DNA of 64,000 nucleotides from Pavona decussata (Eukaryota): NCBI GenBank assembly GCA_977016875.1, contig CDRNST010000080.1, positions 434,001 to 498,000 of the forward strand, read 5' to 3'. Shown piece by piece: positions 1 to 11,483 of this stretch (position 1 is its first letter; each line of letters starts with the position of its first letter). The notes under the pieces were generated by a model. It saw only the letters and a program-made list of their open reading frames with translations, ran no database searches and was not told where the DNA came from. The position numbers and the translations under genes were made by a program.

Positions 1-70
1 GGTTTATCTTGAAGTCAGAACCACCATCAGATTATTCAAACCTGGAGACACAGTGGACTGATTTGATCGT

Positions 71-76
71 TATAAG
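71..76 (+). promoter_or_regulatory. Candidate TATA box (also 19491, 36261, 55611)
   Basis: TATAAG 47 nt upstream of the ATG, present in all four copies. Confidence 0.45.
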
Positions 77-117
77 GTGTCTCCAGCTGGCGGTATTAAG
101 AGGATAGCTGGAGAAAC

Positions 118-3100
118 ATGAAGGCTGTGATTTTCCTGTGCTGTTTCATTGTTGGAAGTTATTCCTCAAGCAATGAGGGTAAGTCAGGATTGATTATAGA
201 ACATTTATCTTTCGTACTTGTTTCGCGGTTAGCCTAAAATTTTGTTTTTGCGCTTAGGCGCGCCCTAAATTAAACTCACTTCTAATTGCAAACAGCAAGA
301 AGGCACCAGTGATAGCTTAACTCTCTCCACAATAGATACAGCCGAATTTCGGACACTATTACACGTTATTTCTAATCGATCTAAGCTTTTAAATCACTTA
401 AGCAGCTAGCGATATAGCAATAAGAGCCCATTGTGTAAGTATTACACAATTTTGTTGGAATAGAATAGAAACTATGAGAAGGATTAAAATTTAGTGAAAA
501 ACTTTGAGAAATCACGCAAAGCTGCTAAAACCTCATATAGGCGAACAGCATACAACGAAAACAAATTATTACAGTTTTCTATGCATTTAATTAATCTTAA
601 CCTGAATCAAGATGAAAAATAAGCAGAGTTTTACAATTTTTTGTGTAGTGATTGTGGTTGTTCTTTGACATTTACGGGATGTATGTTAATCCATTCCTAT
701 TTAAGCAGAAGAATGAGATACTTTGTTATGCTGAGTTTTTACGCTTAATGACCTGCTTACCTTCCTCTTCAGTGTCGTGCACCTTTGACAGCGGTTTGTG
801 CTTGGGATGGAAACAGGAAACATCAGACAAGTTTGACTGGACACTGAGGTCTGTGTCTACGCCATCCTCTGGTACAGGACCATCATCAGGTCATGGGGGT
901 TCAGGTATGTGTCAATGGACTCTATAAGCATTGTTTTGTTGTCCGTTCTTTTGTCCTCTCGACCAACAGTGTAAGACGTTGCAAAACGGTGCAGGTCGCC
1001 TCATCTTCTTTTTTATCACAGTAATTATTCAATTTTATTTCGACGCTTCTGGCACTCTTCACGGAGAGGGTCTTCATTTGAGTTTTTACTGGAAGCACGC
1101 TGAAAACTTTTAAAAGCTAAATTAAATGCCTTCAAGTATGAGCAAGACGGGAATTTTCTAAAAGAGAATTTAATTAATGAGCCTCAGAAAACTTAACAAA
1201 ATTAAGAGGAGTTGTAATACTAGCCTTTTCTGCTTCACTACAGATTTTAAAGGTAATTGTCTCTCAAAACCTCAAAACTCTCAGGGAAGGGAGAACAAGA
1301 AGCGCTTACGCAAAAAGGGTGCTTAGAACAGCACTTCTGTGGCTATTAAAATTGGAGCACTTGCTAACTAAAACTCATCTTAATGGGATCACTTCCTAGA
1401 AACACTCTCTTGTTTGTAAGGAGAAAGTTAGATTTCGAGGTTCCTTGTATTAGTGTGTCGGTATTAGCAAAAAAGAAAAAATAAGAAATAAGAAGTTCGA
1501 CTGAAAGAACGAAAGAACTTATCATTCCTGTTGTTATTGCTTTACTTCGAACTATTTGTATGAAATTAAAAATTACGATGGGTGACCAATTTAACGCCTA
1601 ACATGGAAGACGCGTCGTACGTTTCGCAAACCCTCTCCAGTTCTCTTGTGCAAATAAATGGTGAAAAACAAACACAAAATAATATTATAAAATGTATTAT
1701 TTATTAAACACCCCCCACAGGGACGTTTCATTTACCAATAAAATATAAATAGTTATCAACTTACCTAATATCGGATGTTACATAACTAAAGTATACATAG
1801 AAAAGCAAGCTAAACCCCCTCCCCCCCCCCCAAAAAAAAAAATGAGGAAAATAATAAAAAAAGAGTTAAATAAACTAAAAAAACAAAAACAAAACAAAAA
1901 AGCCTAAGGTTTTCTAGTTTTCATGATGAAATTTGGCCAGGGCTGATTTTGATGCGATAGAATCAGTCCAAGATGTACACAAAATATCTACAAATGGTAA
2001 GACCCAAGACAAAGGAGAAGCCAATAAAATATAATAAAATTAATTTTCTTTCTCCGTTTGATTTTGCTACATGGAGTTATTAGTTATTTAGCGCTGCTTG
2101 AATTAAGGAAACATAACCCCCTCCCCACTCTTTCCCTTTTCTTAATTTAGGAATGTACATGTACATTGAGTCTTCGAGTCCAAGGCGGCCAAATGACAAC
2201 GCCAAGCTTTCATTTACTTCTTCTGGAAGCGGTAGTTTTTGCATGACCTTCTTTTACCACATGAATGGAAGAGATATTGGTGCACTGAAAGTATACAGTG
2301 GTGGTCAAATAAAATTTTCCAAGTCAGGAAGCCAAGGAAATGCCTGGAAGAAGGCCGAAGTGGATATCACTGCGAGTGGAAGTGTGAGTATCACATACTT
2401 AAAATTTTTCACTGCTCTTTGAAATCCGTGACAAAAAAAGAACCCAGTGTATTTAGCATGTCGGTAAAATGTGATCATCATCGTGAGTTTAGTAATATAA
2501 AGGGCTATTGTTGGTCAATGGACAATCTCTGCGGAAGTGGTCATCAAAGTCAAAGTGAAGTCTTGAGGATTCGACCCGGTTGCCAGCGAAGTCACCATGA
2601 GTATGCGCACAAAATTAATTCTTGTGACAGTAACAAACAAACAGACAAACAAACAAACAAACAAACAAACACAAGAACTAACCGACCTCAAAAGGAACTC
2701 TTCTAGATAGAAATCAAAGTGGAGTGGTAGGATAACCCATAAGGTATTTAATTGTTCATACCAAAGAAAACATATATTGACATTGTTAAATTTAGTGAAT
2801 ATATTATATTTTCCACTATTTCCAAATAATCAAAGGTACTTAAAAATATACTTTTAATAGCGTAAAATTTTAAAGCTAGTTAAAAATTTGGATCTATTAC
2901 CGCCTTTTACGCTTTTAAAGCTTCTGCACACCGCCATTTTGGATTCCATTACGTTATACGGTTCCTCAAGTATTCTACATAAAAGAACTTCTGCTTTCTG
3001 ACCACAGTGGCAACGGTATAACGGCACGACATCAGAATGGAAATGATTATATCCAATTTTAAACTGAATAACGCTAATACGCTATCTCCACTTTCAATAT

Positions 3101-6100
3101 AAGATACTTCTAAAAATTTAATGTGAGTGGAGATTTCCTTTAAGATACAGGAACAAAAGTATCGTTTCACTGATTAAAAAGTTTTAGTCCAGGTCCAAAA
3201 TTGCTTAACGCTTTCCTGAGATCATAGGAATAAACGGAGACATGGACTTTATTTTTCTCAGACAAATTTTGATCAAAAATCTCAGTTTTAACGGGCGGTC
3301 ACCATATATGATGGTGCATGTTATCGCGGGAAAAGCATTTCAGCTAAAATGTTGAGACTTTTGAAATGAAATTTTAAGTCTTAAACAAATTTGGTTTGCT
3401 TGCAGACAATGATTTTATGACTCTTTTTAATATTAGGTCCAAGTAACATTTGAGGGTGTAAGAGGTAAAAGCTGGCAAGGTGACATCGCTATTGACGACT
3501 TTTCACTGAGACCAGGAAGTTGCTCAGGTATGCCACCAAACCCATTACCACCACAAACACCAGCTCCACCAGATGGAGTTTGCGTTCTCTTACGAATCGT
3601 TATCTTAACAAACTATTCAGAATATAAGGATAAGGTCCAATCTTTAACATTTTTGACATGTCAAGCTCTCAATGATACATTTTGTCGCTGATAATTTGTT
3701 TCACTGGTAAAGTTTCTTCCTTCAAAAAGATATATTTTTTAAAGTAAATGCATTAGTCAAATTCAGAGGCCTCAGTGTAAAGAATTGCAAGAAATGCCGC
3801 CTGTCGTTGTAACTTTTTTTAACGTTTTAAACATCTTCCTTGGTTTCATTGTAATTGAAATGAAATGAACTTTATCAACATGTCGTAGCTTTTAGCGTAC
3901 TGGAATGTACGCTAATTGGGGACACTACCACTTTACATCATAAAATATACATACGATCGATCAATACTATTATACAGTGCGTTAAAAGACACCTAACTAC
4001 TTCATATTATAAAGTATATATAATGATCGATTCTTGCCAATACAACGCAAAAAATCAAGTAATTCTAAAGCCGACTTTTAAAGAGATCAAGGCGGTATAA
4101 ACATGTTTCTGTGCTGGTTAAAATACTGGTTTGGGACTTCGTTATAGTGTCCATTAAGATAATTAAAAACAATTTCAAACCTTACCAGCAAACAAGTGAT
4201 CGTTTGGACTTTTGGTCAAGACTGAGAAGTATCCAACAATTTAACGTTAAAACTCTTCATTTTTAAGGAGGTTGCGGCTCAAGACCATCTCACTCTCGTA
4301 TCGTGGGAGGCGAAAACGCGAAGGTTAACAGCTGGCCATGGCAAGCAATGTTGGTCAGTACTTCCGGTAGGCAGTTCTGTGGAGGGTCACTCGTGCATCC
4401 CTTGTGGGTTGTAACAGCCGCGCATTGTGTCAAAGGACGGAGTCCGTCATCTTTCAGAGTGAAGTGAGTATCAAAAAAGAATGAGTCAGTTACAGTGCAT
4501 CAACGATTCTTAGTATTTTCTTGCTATACGACTATCACCATATTAGTTGGTAGTTGGTATCTAAGTGATAGGGTGCGCGCGATTGCCAATATATTTTGCA
4601 GGTCTCTAACATGTGAAAGAAATTAAAATATTTTTGCAGTATGAACGAAGACAATACGTCATTGCTAGTTACTTAATGTATTGGAAAAGAAAAAACTTGT
4701 GTGTTCTAGCTTCCCATCATTCGAGATATATTAATTAGTTGTTCTGCCTAGGACTTGATATATGACAATCGTTTTTCCGCTCCACTGTTTCAGCAACTTT
4801 AACTGTAGATCGTCTAACCGCGAAGATAAGTAATAAATACTTGTTGAGCTATTACAATTCTTTGTAAGCGCGTGTGACATTGTCAGCTGTTTTTAAAGGC
4901 GGATAAATTATGGTCATTTCCAGATTTTTCCTTTGTTTGTTGTTTTGCATTCAGACTTTCAATCGTCAGTAAATAATTTATTTGATTGCACCTTTTTTTT
5001 TAGATTGGGAGCTTATTATAGAGTAAGTGGATCTGCGGGAACAGAGCAGACCATCAACGTTGCCCAAATTATTCCACACGAAAAATATCACAAACCAGTA
5101 CGCTACGCCCACGACATTGCAATGCTCAAACTTGCGAAGCCTGCTGTTCTCGGAAAAGGAATTGGTGTTGTTTGTGTGTCAAACCCAAGCAACGTTCTTC
5201 CGATTGACAATAAAGATAAGAGGTGCTGGATAACTGGATGGGGAACTTTGTCATCTGGCGGAAGTCAACCTAATATCCTCCAGCAAGCGTCGGTTCCACT
5301 GGTGTCAAAATCACGTTGTTTGGTGGCTTATCCGGGAAAGATTGATGACTCCATGTTATGTGCTGGTCTGGACAAAGGGGGAGTTGATTCCTGCCAAGGT
5401 GATAGTGGTGGACCGCTGGTTTGTGAGTATAACAATAAATGGCATCTGGAGGGTGTGACCAGCTGGGGATATGGCTGTGCTGCGGCTAAAAAGTACGGCG
5501 TCTATGCTAAGGTTGGCTACTTGAGATCCTGGATACTCAGCAAGGTTGGTTCGAACCCACTTACTCCTAAACCACCCACGCCATCACCATCTACACAGCC
5601 GCCATCACCACCACCACCGAGCACACCACTGCCTCCAACTCCCTCTCCGACACCAGGTTTGTTTAATAAGAGAAAAATGCACAAACTTAATTGTTCGTTA
5701 AATGGGTCATTGAATACCAAGCAGCAAACTTGTTAAAATCAGATTTTTATTAAGGCTGCCGGATGATCATCTTATATATTTCATCTACGTTCTTTTACCC
5801 AAGATTATTCCAGCGTCAGTAGATTATTCGAAGAAACGCCAACATCAGTAACACACGCACAATTGTTTAATGACCTTTGACGCTAAAAAATTGTACTCGT
5901 CAAATGCTGCGCATAAGATTTGAGATGCCTCCTCGAAAGTGATTGATTGAATTTGAGATGGTTTGTGTTTGCTTTCACGTTTTCTCGGGGAAATCTGCAA
6001 AAATTAATTAACTCTTAAGTTTAATGTCATTCGCTGAGTAAAGAAATGGGTTGATCACTTTTTTTAGTATTTCATAAATTTTAGCTTTTTAATGTTTCTG

Positions 6101-9100
6101 GAATTTTACTGTAGGTTGTGTGGACAATCCAAAATACGCCGACATTTGTCCATCTATTGCCGCATGTGGAAACTACTGCAATGCTAATAAAGTATGGGCG
6201 AAGAAAAATTGTCAAAAATCGTGCAACATGTGCCCTATTGGTAAGTGTTTGACTTTTTCGTTCTATTTCTTGCAGTGCAACGACTAAGGAAATAACGTGT
6301 AGGCATTGTTACTTAATGACGAAGGAAAAAGGGACGACCCGCAAACTACAAACACAAATTCTGCAATTCAGTTGTTTTGTACATTTAGTGAAGAAATGTT
6401 TTGATTACTTTTTTAAGTATGTCATAAATGTTAGCTTTTTAAACTTTCTGAAATCTTACTGTAGATTGTGTGGACAACCCAAAATACGCCGACATTTGTC
6501 CATCTATTGCCGCATGCGGAAACTACTGCAATGCTAACAAAGTATGGGCAAAGAAAAATTGTCCAAAATCGTGCAACATGTGCCCTACTGGTAGGTGTTA
6601 GACGTTTTCATTATATTTCTTGCAGAACGACGACAAAAGAAACAACGTGCAAATAAACAACGTTATAACGCAAATTTCTCAAGGCACTGTTATAATAACT
6701 GAACGAGGGAAAAGGGACGACCTAAAAACTAAAAACACAAATTTTGCAATTAAGTTTTGTACATTGCGCAAGCGATTTTTCTTGAGATGCCTTGTGTTTT
6801 GCAGGTCAGTCTCAAAACTCGCAGCAATAATTTAATGATTGTTGCAATGAACTGTATAAACAGCTGTTATATTATGACATGGCGTTTTTTATTTTGAGTT
6901 TGTACTTATCTTTCTGAAACTTTTACTCCAGCTTGTGTAAACAATCCAAAATACGCTGACATTTGTCCATCTCTTGCTGCCTGCGGAAACTACTGCAATG
7001 ATAACAAAGGCTGGGCACAGAAAAACTGTCCAGAATCCTGTAAAATGTGTCCAACTGGTAGGTTGTATTCTTTTTTCTTATGATTATGAAATAGGTTGAG
7101 AAAAAAAGACTTCATGAAATCTCCGAAAAAATTGTCCAATACGAGGCCATTATAGGCTGAGGTTTAATTGTTTCACTTAGCTGCTTGAGTAATTTTTCCA
7201 AATTGTGCGGACGATCGAGTTCGTTGACATACGCCCAGTTAGTTTCATTCTGAAGAAAACTACTATGAGGAAAAATGAACATAGACCCAGGAAAACTGTG
7301 CAATGCACTTTAACACAATTCCTTCGTTTCAGTGTATATACTTAATCATTTAACGATGTTTTATTGGAGTTAAAACAAATACCTATAATACGAAGTTATT
7401 CATCTGTCAAATTATCTTTTTGAAAACAAAAAGCAATCAATTAAAACTGCGAGTTCTTGACCACATGGCTGCTGTCTTCAATGGACAATATGTAAAGAAC
7501 AAATCTAAATACAGTGACAAAACGAACACAAAGAGTGCTGATTTTAAGTAGCGTTGAATTGAATTAGATAGATCAATGTTATGATATAATATAGACTTGT
7601 TTGGTCAATAAAGGTCCAGCTCCTTCTTCTTCGGCACCTCCAACTCCGCCACCCTCTCAGGAACCTTCAACTCCGCCACCCTCTCCGGCACCTCAAACTC
7701 CAGGGCCCGGGTCATGTGGAAGGTCCCCAGTGACACGTGTTATTGGAGGAGTGGATGCAAAGCCAGGAAATTGGCCTTGGCAGGTGAGGCAAAATGTTTC
7801 AAATCTTAAACACATTTTTGACCTGAGGCAAACTAAGCCTTTTGATCATTGCATTTCAACCAGTCTTGTTTAATTTGTTTCAGTTTAAATAACTCGTTTT
7901 CTATACAACTTTACCTGATTTCAAGTTTCGTCCTAGATGTAGCAACAATTAAGTAATTAACTGTTTTCTACAACAAGATTTTCAGATTGGTTACTCGTGA
8001 CGTATGTTGTTTGTCCAGTAAAACAACCCGGCCTTGCTATAGCATTCGGATATGTTTAACGTTGACAAGAGAGATAACCAACCTTTGTCGCGATAGTATC
8101 CTAAAATTGGCTCCAGTTACAATGACATCACAGATTGTACTGCAGCCAAGTATTGCTGCAGGCAAATAAAGTCACAGGTCTTTACCATGAGTTTTTAACA
8201 TTAATATGTTAAATTTGGTTGTCACTCTTGCTAGATCGCCCTTCTTCGGGGAAGCTCCAAGTCGTTTAGTTGCGGAGGGTCTCTGATCGCTCCTGATTGG
8301 GTTGTCACAGCAGCGCATTGTATCTCGACAACGTAAGTAAATGTGGAGGGGTGGTTGTTCTTTCTCTGGGTAGTCAACCAAATTTTAAAAAAAACTTTGG
8401 TTAAATCAATAACATTAATTGTGCGTTCAAGTAAACTTTTAACGACGTTTTACTGCCAACAATAAAAGCAACGCGGCTGAGCGAATTACGTGAATACATG
8501 AGGATATGACAACTGCATGCGCTGTAATTAAGACAATTGTTTAAATACTTAGACAGCAAATTATATAAAAAGTGAAACAATTAAACCATCGACAGTCGAT
8601 AAACTAAGACATTCTTTTCCCGCCAACAGATAAAGTCCTTATCTGCAAGGATTTTTTAAAAGATCTAACGGTAAAAAATCCGAACGACGACTAGGCCGCC
8701 GGTTGTGAGCCAAAAATGTCACGTTTACAAATTTGAATGTGACCTGTGCAATGCGGGTTATGTTGGTTTTACTATCTCGCTGACACTTATATCAGCGCAT
8801 AGAGGAACATAAAAACCCTTCTTCCTCCGTTGGCAAACATTTTCGGGACAACTGAGCACTATGGGGTTCCATGGGATCTGAGCAGGAATTTTACTGTTTC
8901 AAAAAACAAAGTGCAAAAGCAACTTTGACTGTCTTGTGTACGTGATGTTTTTTTTATTAACGACGATCAAGTCACAATAATCAATCAGACTCAATTTGTG
9001 CAAAAGTTTTTAATTAATTAAATCTCTTGCATGCCTTTTATCACTCTTTTCTAAAAAAAATTTGACATACTTTTTACATATTTTAGACTCTGACGTCATT

Positions 9101-11382
9101 GGCACTCTTTTTCTCTCTATTTATTATATATGTTAATTTTTATACCACACATTGAACTTGATAGTGACCGAAGAGCCATCAAAATGTCGTTCGGATTTTT
9201 TAACCGTTATTTTTTACCAACAGATAAAGCTCAGGCTATTATTTGTATTTTTTCCACAGGACAGCCAGTTTTTACAACATCCGCCTGGGTGATCATAACC
9301 GTTTGGTTTCCGAAGGCACTGAGCAAGATATAAAAGCCAAGCGAGTGATAAAACACCCCCAGTATTCATCGAGAACGATTGACAAAGACATCGCTTTGAT
9401 TCAGCTGTCGAGGCCGGCTACTCTGAACGCTCGAGTTGGAACTGTGTGTCTACCAACCCAAGATGAAATGGTTCCGACCTCGTCCAAATGCTACATTACG
9501 GGTGAGTTATTTAGAGTCTAGCTTCTCTTGGGAAGCGATGCAACTGTTTTGTTCTCTAGTTCTCACCTTGTTAACTAAACAAATGAAAATTGAATCGGCC
9601 GTGAAAGAAGATGCAATTTAATTTTGAGCGGGCATTTGAAAACTCTGAAACATTCTTTATAAAATAGTAGCAACCAAAAACAAGTTATAGAGAAGACGGA
9701 ATATAGAATCTCCTGTTGATGGCCCAATTAATATGCCAGTTTAGGACAGGGCTCACTCAACCGCCTACCATGTTAGTGTACAGTTTCTCGGTTCTGAAAA
9801 CTGAAGAAATTGCATTCTTGGTCTTACAACCTGAGTTGATAGGTAAATTGGACACAGACGTTTACTTTTTGATTGTACAGTCAAAGCTCTCGTAAGCAAC
9901 CACCTCGGGAATTGGAAAAACTGGTCGTAATAGAAAGGTCGCCTGTGAGAATGTAGTCTCGTAAGCGGCCAATAGCTGAAACAATAGAACGGCTGGTCAG
10001 TTACCAAAGCTTTTTGCATATAGCTTTCTATGATAGCCTCGGTCTCGGGGTAACACTCTTGATCCAGCTGTAAATCATGTTTAATTTTAAATTCGAGATC
10101 TTAATCTACAAACATTATAAGGCAGCGCAATATTACTTTAAATGTGATCAAGAAAGAGTTGCCGTAATAAGTATAAGAATCTTTTCGTGGTCGCTTACAG
10201 GAGTTTTTGATTACAGAGTTTAAGTCACTTAACGGACAATTCAAACGGAGTTTCACAATGGTGGTCGAAACTAGAGCTGGTCGCTTACGAGAGTGGTCGC
10301 AAGCAGAGCTTCGACTCTAATTACCTCTTTACCTGGGTGTATCCACTTGGACTCGTTGACGAGAGGACTAGTGGTCGACACTTTGTTTGTTTCGTGTTTT
10401 GACAAATCTATTTTATTAACTCAGTTGATAAAGACAGATATTGTTTTCTGGCCTTCCCACTGACGAAATCTTCATGTTTGAGCATCAGAGAGAATAATTA
10501 AGCGAACAGGAATCCTCGCAACTCTGATAGCAGTTGCAATGGAATAAATATTTACACAACACACTAAATCACTTCTCAGTGTAGTTTTTTCATTTCAATT
10601 TAGGATGGGGCAAGATAAAACACCCAGGATCTTCCCACAGCATCCTTCAACAAGCTCAAATGCCACCGGTCACCAACAGTGAATGTGCAAGAAAACTAGC
10701 AGCATCACCAGGTACGCGGTTACATTAATTGTTGTTTTGGTTCAGGTTAAGATTAATTTCTAAGCGGTTTTCATCACAGTGGCTTTACATTTACATCGCA
10801 TGGTAGTACAAACTTAAGCTTGAAAACAACATAAGCCTTTCTTAAAGAGCTCACAGGAAAATTCACTTTAAAAAAAAATTCACTTTTAATTCCGACCTTT
10901 CAGCTCTCGGCATTTAAGGAAGCCTTATTCTATTAGTCCTATGGTTTCTCCTAAGGCTTACTCACCACCTTCTCTGTAATATATATTTTTGTACTTTTAT
11001 TTTGCTTTTTATAACGTGTGTGGCGAAAAAAACAAACAAACAAACTTATCACGACCTGCTTTAACTGCAGTTGGATCGTCTCGGTTAATGTCCGAGACAT
11101 TCTGCTATCACATTTAGTTAACCCAATCTATTGTCTTTAATAGGAGGATCCTCTCTTAAGATCACCCCGTACATGCTGTGCGCTGGTGTAAATGGCACTA
11201 TTCTCAGTGGTTGCCATGGAGACAGTGGTGGCCCTTACGTCTGCCAAGGTGCTAACGGCAATTGGGTTCTCCAGGGTGACGTCAGTTGGGGCTCCGCGAG
11301 GTGCTCTGCGGCTGAGCTATACACTGTGTTTGGACGGGTTGCTAAGTTCAGGAACTGGATTGACCAGACAATGAAATCTTGA
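118..11382 (+). CDS. Copy A: secreted MAM / trypsin-like protease / 3x ShKT-like / chymotrypsin-elastase-like protease, 14 exons, ~866 aa
   Basis: Hand-spliced exons: 118-178 ([20 protein letters not shown], signal-like), 773-904, 2151-2383, 3437-3527, 4268-4463, 5004-5656, 6115-6240, 6465-6590, 6932-7057, 7614-7783, 8235-8332, 9260-9501, 10604-10711, 11144-11382. All introns are GT-AG with compatible phases; the total is 2601 nt (866 codons plus stop). Both protease domains have TAAHC, DIA and GDSGGP. Confidence 0.9.
773..3527 (+). other. MAM domain exons 2-4 of copy A
   Basis: [20 protein letters not shown]...YMYIESS; [15 protein letters not shown]; QGNAW; FEGVRG..GDIAIDD..C. Four Cys in typical MAM spacing. 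Confidence 0.9.
2632..2670 (+). repeat. (AAAC)n microsatellite in intron 3, length differs between copies
   Basis: Long in A, short in B and C, intermediate in D. Confidence 0.8.
3856..3926 (-). mobile_element. Probable LINE 3' terminus with stem-loop and (CATTT)n tail in intron 4 (all copies)
   Basis: Stem TTAGCGTAC 3892-3900 / GTACGCTAA 3907-3915 next to GAAATGAAATGAACTTTAT. Family call is from resemblance only. Confidence 0.4.
4268..5656 (+). other. Protease domain 1 (trypsin-type) plus Pro-rich linker, exons 5-6 of copy A
   Basis: CGSRPSHSR|IVGG activation site, [24 protein letters not shown] (Asp189), SWG (Gly216), KYGVY (Gly226), then [22 protein letters not shown]. Confidence 0.92.
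6115..7057 (+). other. Three 126-nt phase 1-1 exons, each an ShKT-like Cys-rich module (also B 25462-26404, C 42256-43198, D 61752-62663)
   Basis: Module 1 is [39 protein letters not shown], module 2 is the same with CPKSC, module 3 is [39 protein letters not shown]. The C-x-D start and C-x3-C-x2-C end match ShKT. Flanking intron sequence is also homologous between modules. Largely missed by the ORF track. Confidence 0.82.
8667..9208 (+). mobile_element. Penelope-like element 3' remnant (GIY-YIG endonuclease plus pLTR), intron 11 of copy A
   Basis: Frameshifted translation pieced from A/B/C: [65 protein letters not shown]. Bounded by a ~22-bp inverted repeat at 8667-8688 and 9186-9208. Confidence 0.75.
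9878..10317. mobile_element. Tc1/mariner-pogo-type MITE, intron 12 of copy A
   Basis: TA-CAGTCAAAGCTCTC...AGAGCTTCGACTC-TA, with repeated internal GGTCGCTTAC motifs. Confidence 0.75.
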
Positions 11383-11414
11383 ATCTTTTTGTAAAATAAG
11401 TTGTTAAAGCGTGA

Positions 11415-11457
11415 AATAAAGGAAATATGAGGCACTGAAATGTTGTCGTATTTTCCC
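11415..11457 (+). terminator. Poly(A) signal with downstream GT-rich element, copy A (also in B and C)
   Basis: AATAAA 11415-11420, ~33 nt after the stop, then TGTTGTCGTATTTT. Confidence 0.6.
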
Positions 11458-11483
11458 AGTTTAAGATAAAGATATCCCAGTGC

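Larger units (their letters stand above)
7614..11382 (+). other. Pro-rich linker plus protease domain 2 (chymotrypsin/elastase-type), exons 10-14 of copy A
   Basis: CGRSPVTR|[39 protein letters not shown] (Ser189), VSWGS, YTVF (Thr226). Confidence 0.9.

Noticed and set aside
931-3170. Intronic and alternate-frame ORFs that recur in several units
   Set aside because: Recurrence reflects recent duplication; lengths and stops differ between copies and no domain is recognisable.
2915-3340. Possible TTAA-flanked MITE starting TTAAAGCTTCTG(C/G)ACACC in intron 3
   Set aside because: Only one plausible end and no empty site for comparison.
5517-5720. Gly/Val-rich minus-strand ORF (also 24864, 41658, 61154)
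   Set aside because: It is the antisense reading of the Pro-rich linker codons.
6115-7057. Regularly spaced repeats as a CRISPR-like array
   Set aside because: They are spliceosomal exons with AG/GT ends in a eukaryotic gene; no cas genes are present.
11474-11483. Sequence-specific Tx1 targeting as the reason for two identical insertion sites
   Set aside because: Shared lesions show one insertion copied by duplication; the target is not a recognisable snRNA, tRNA or rRNA.
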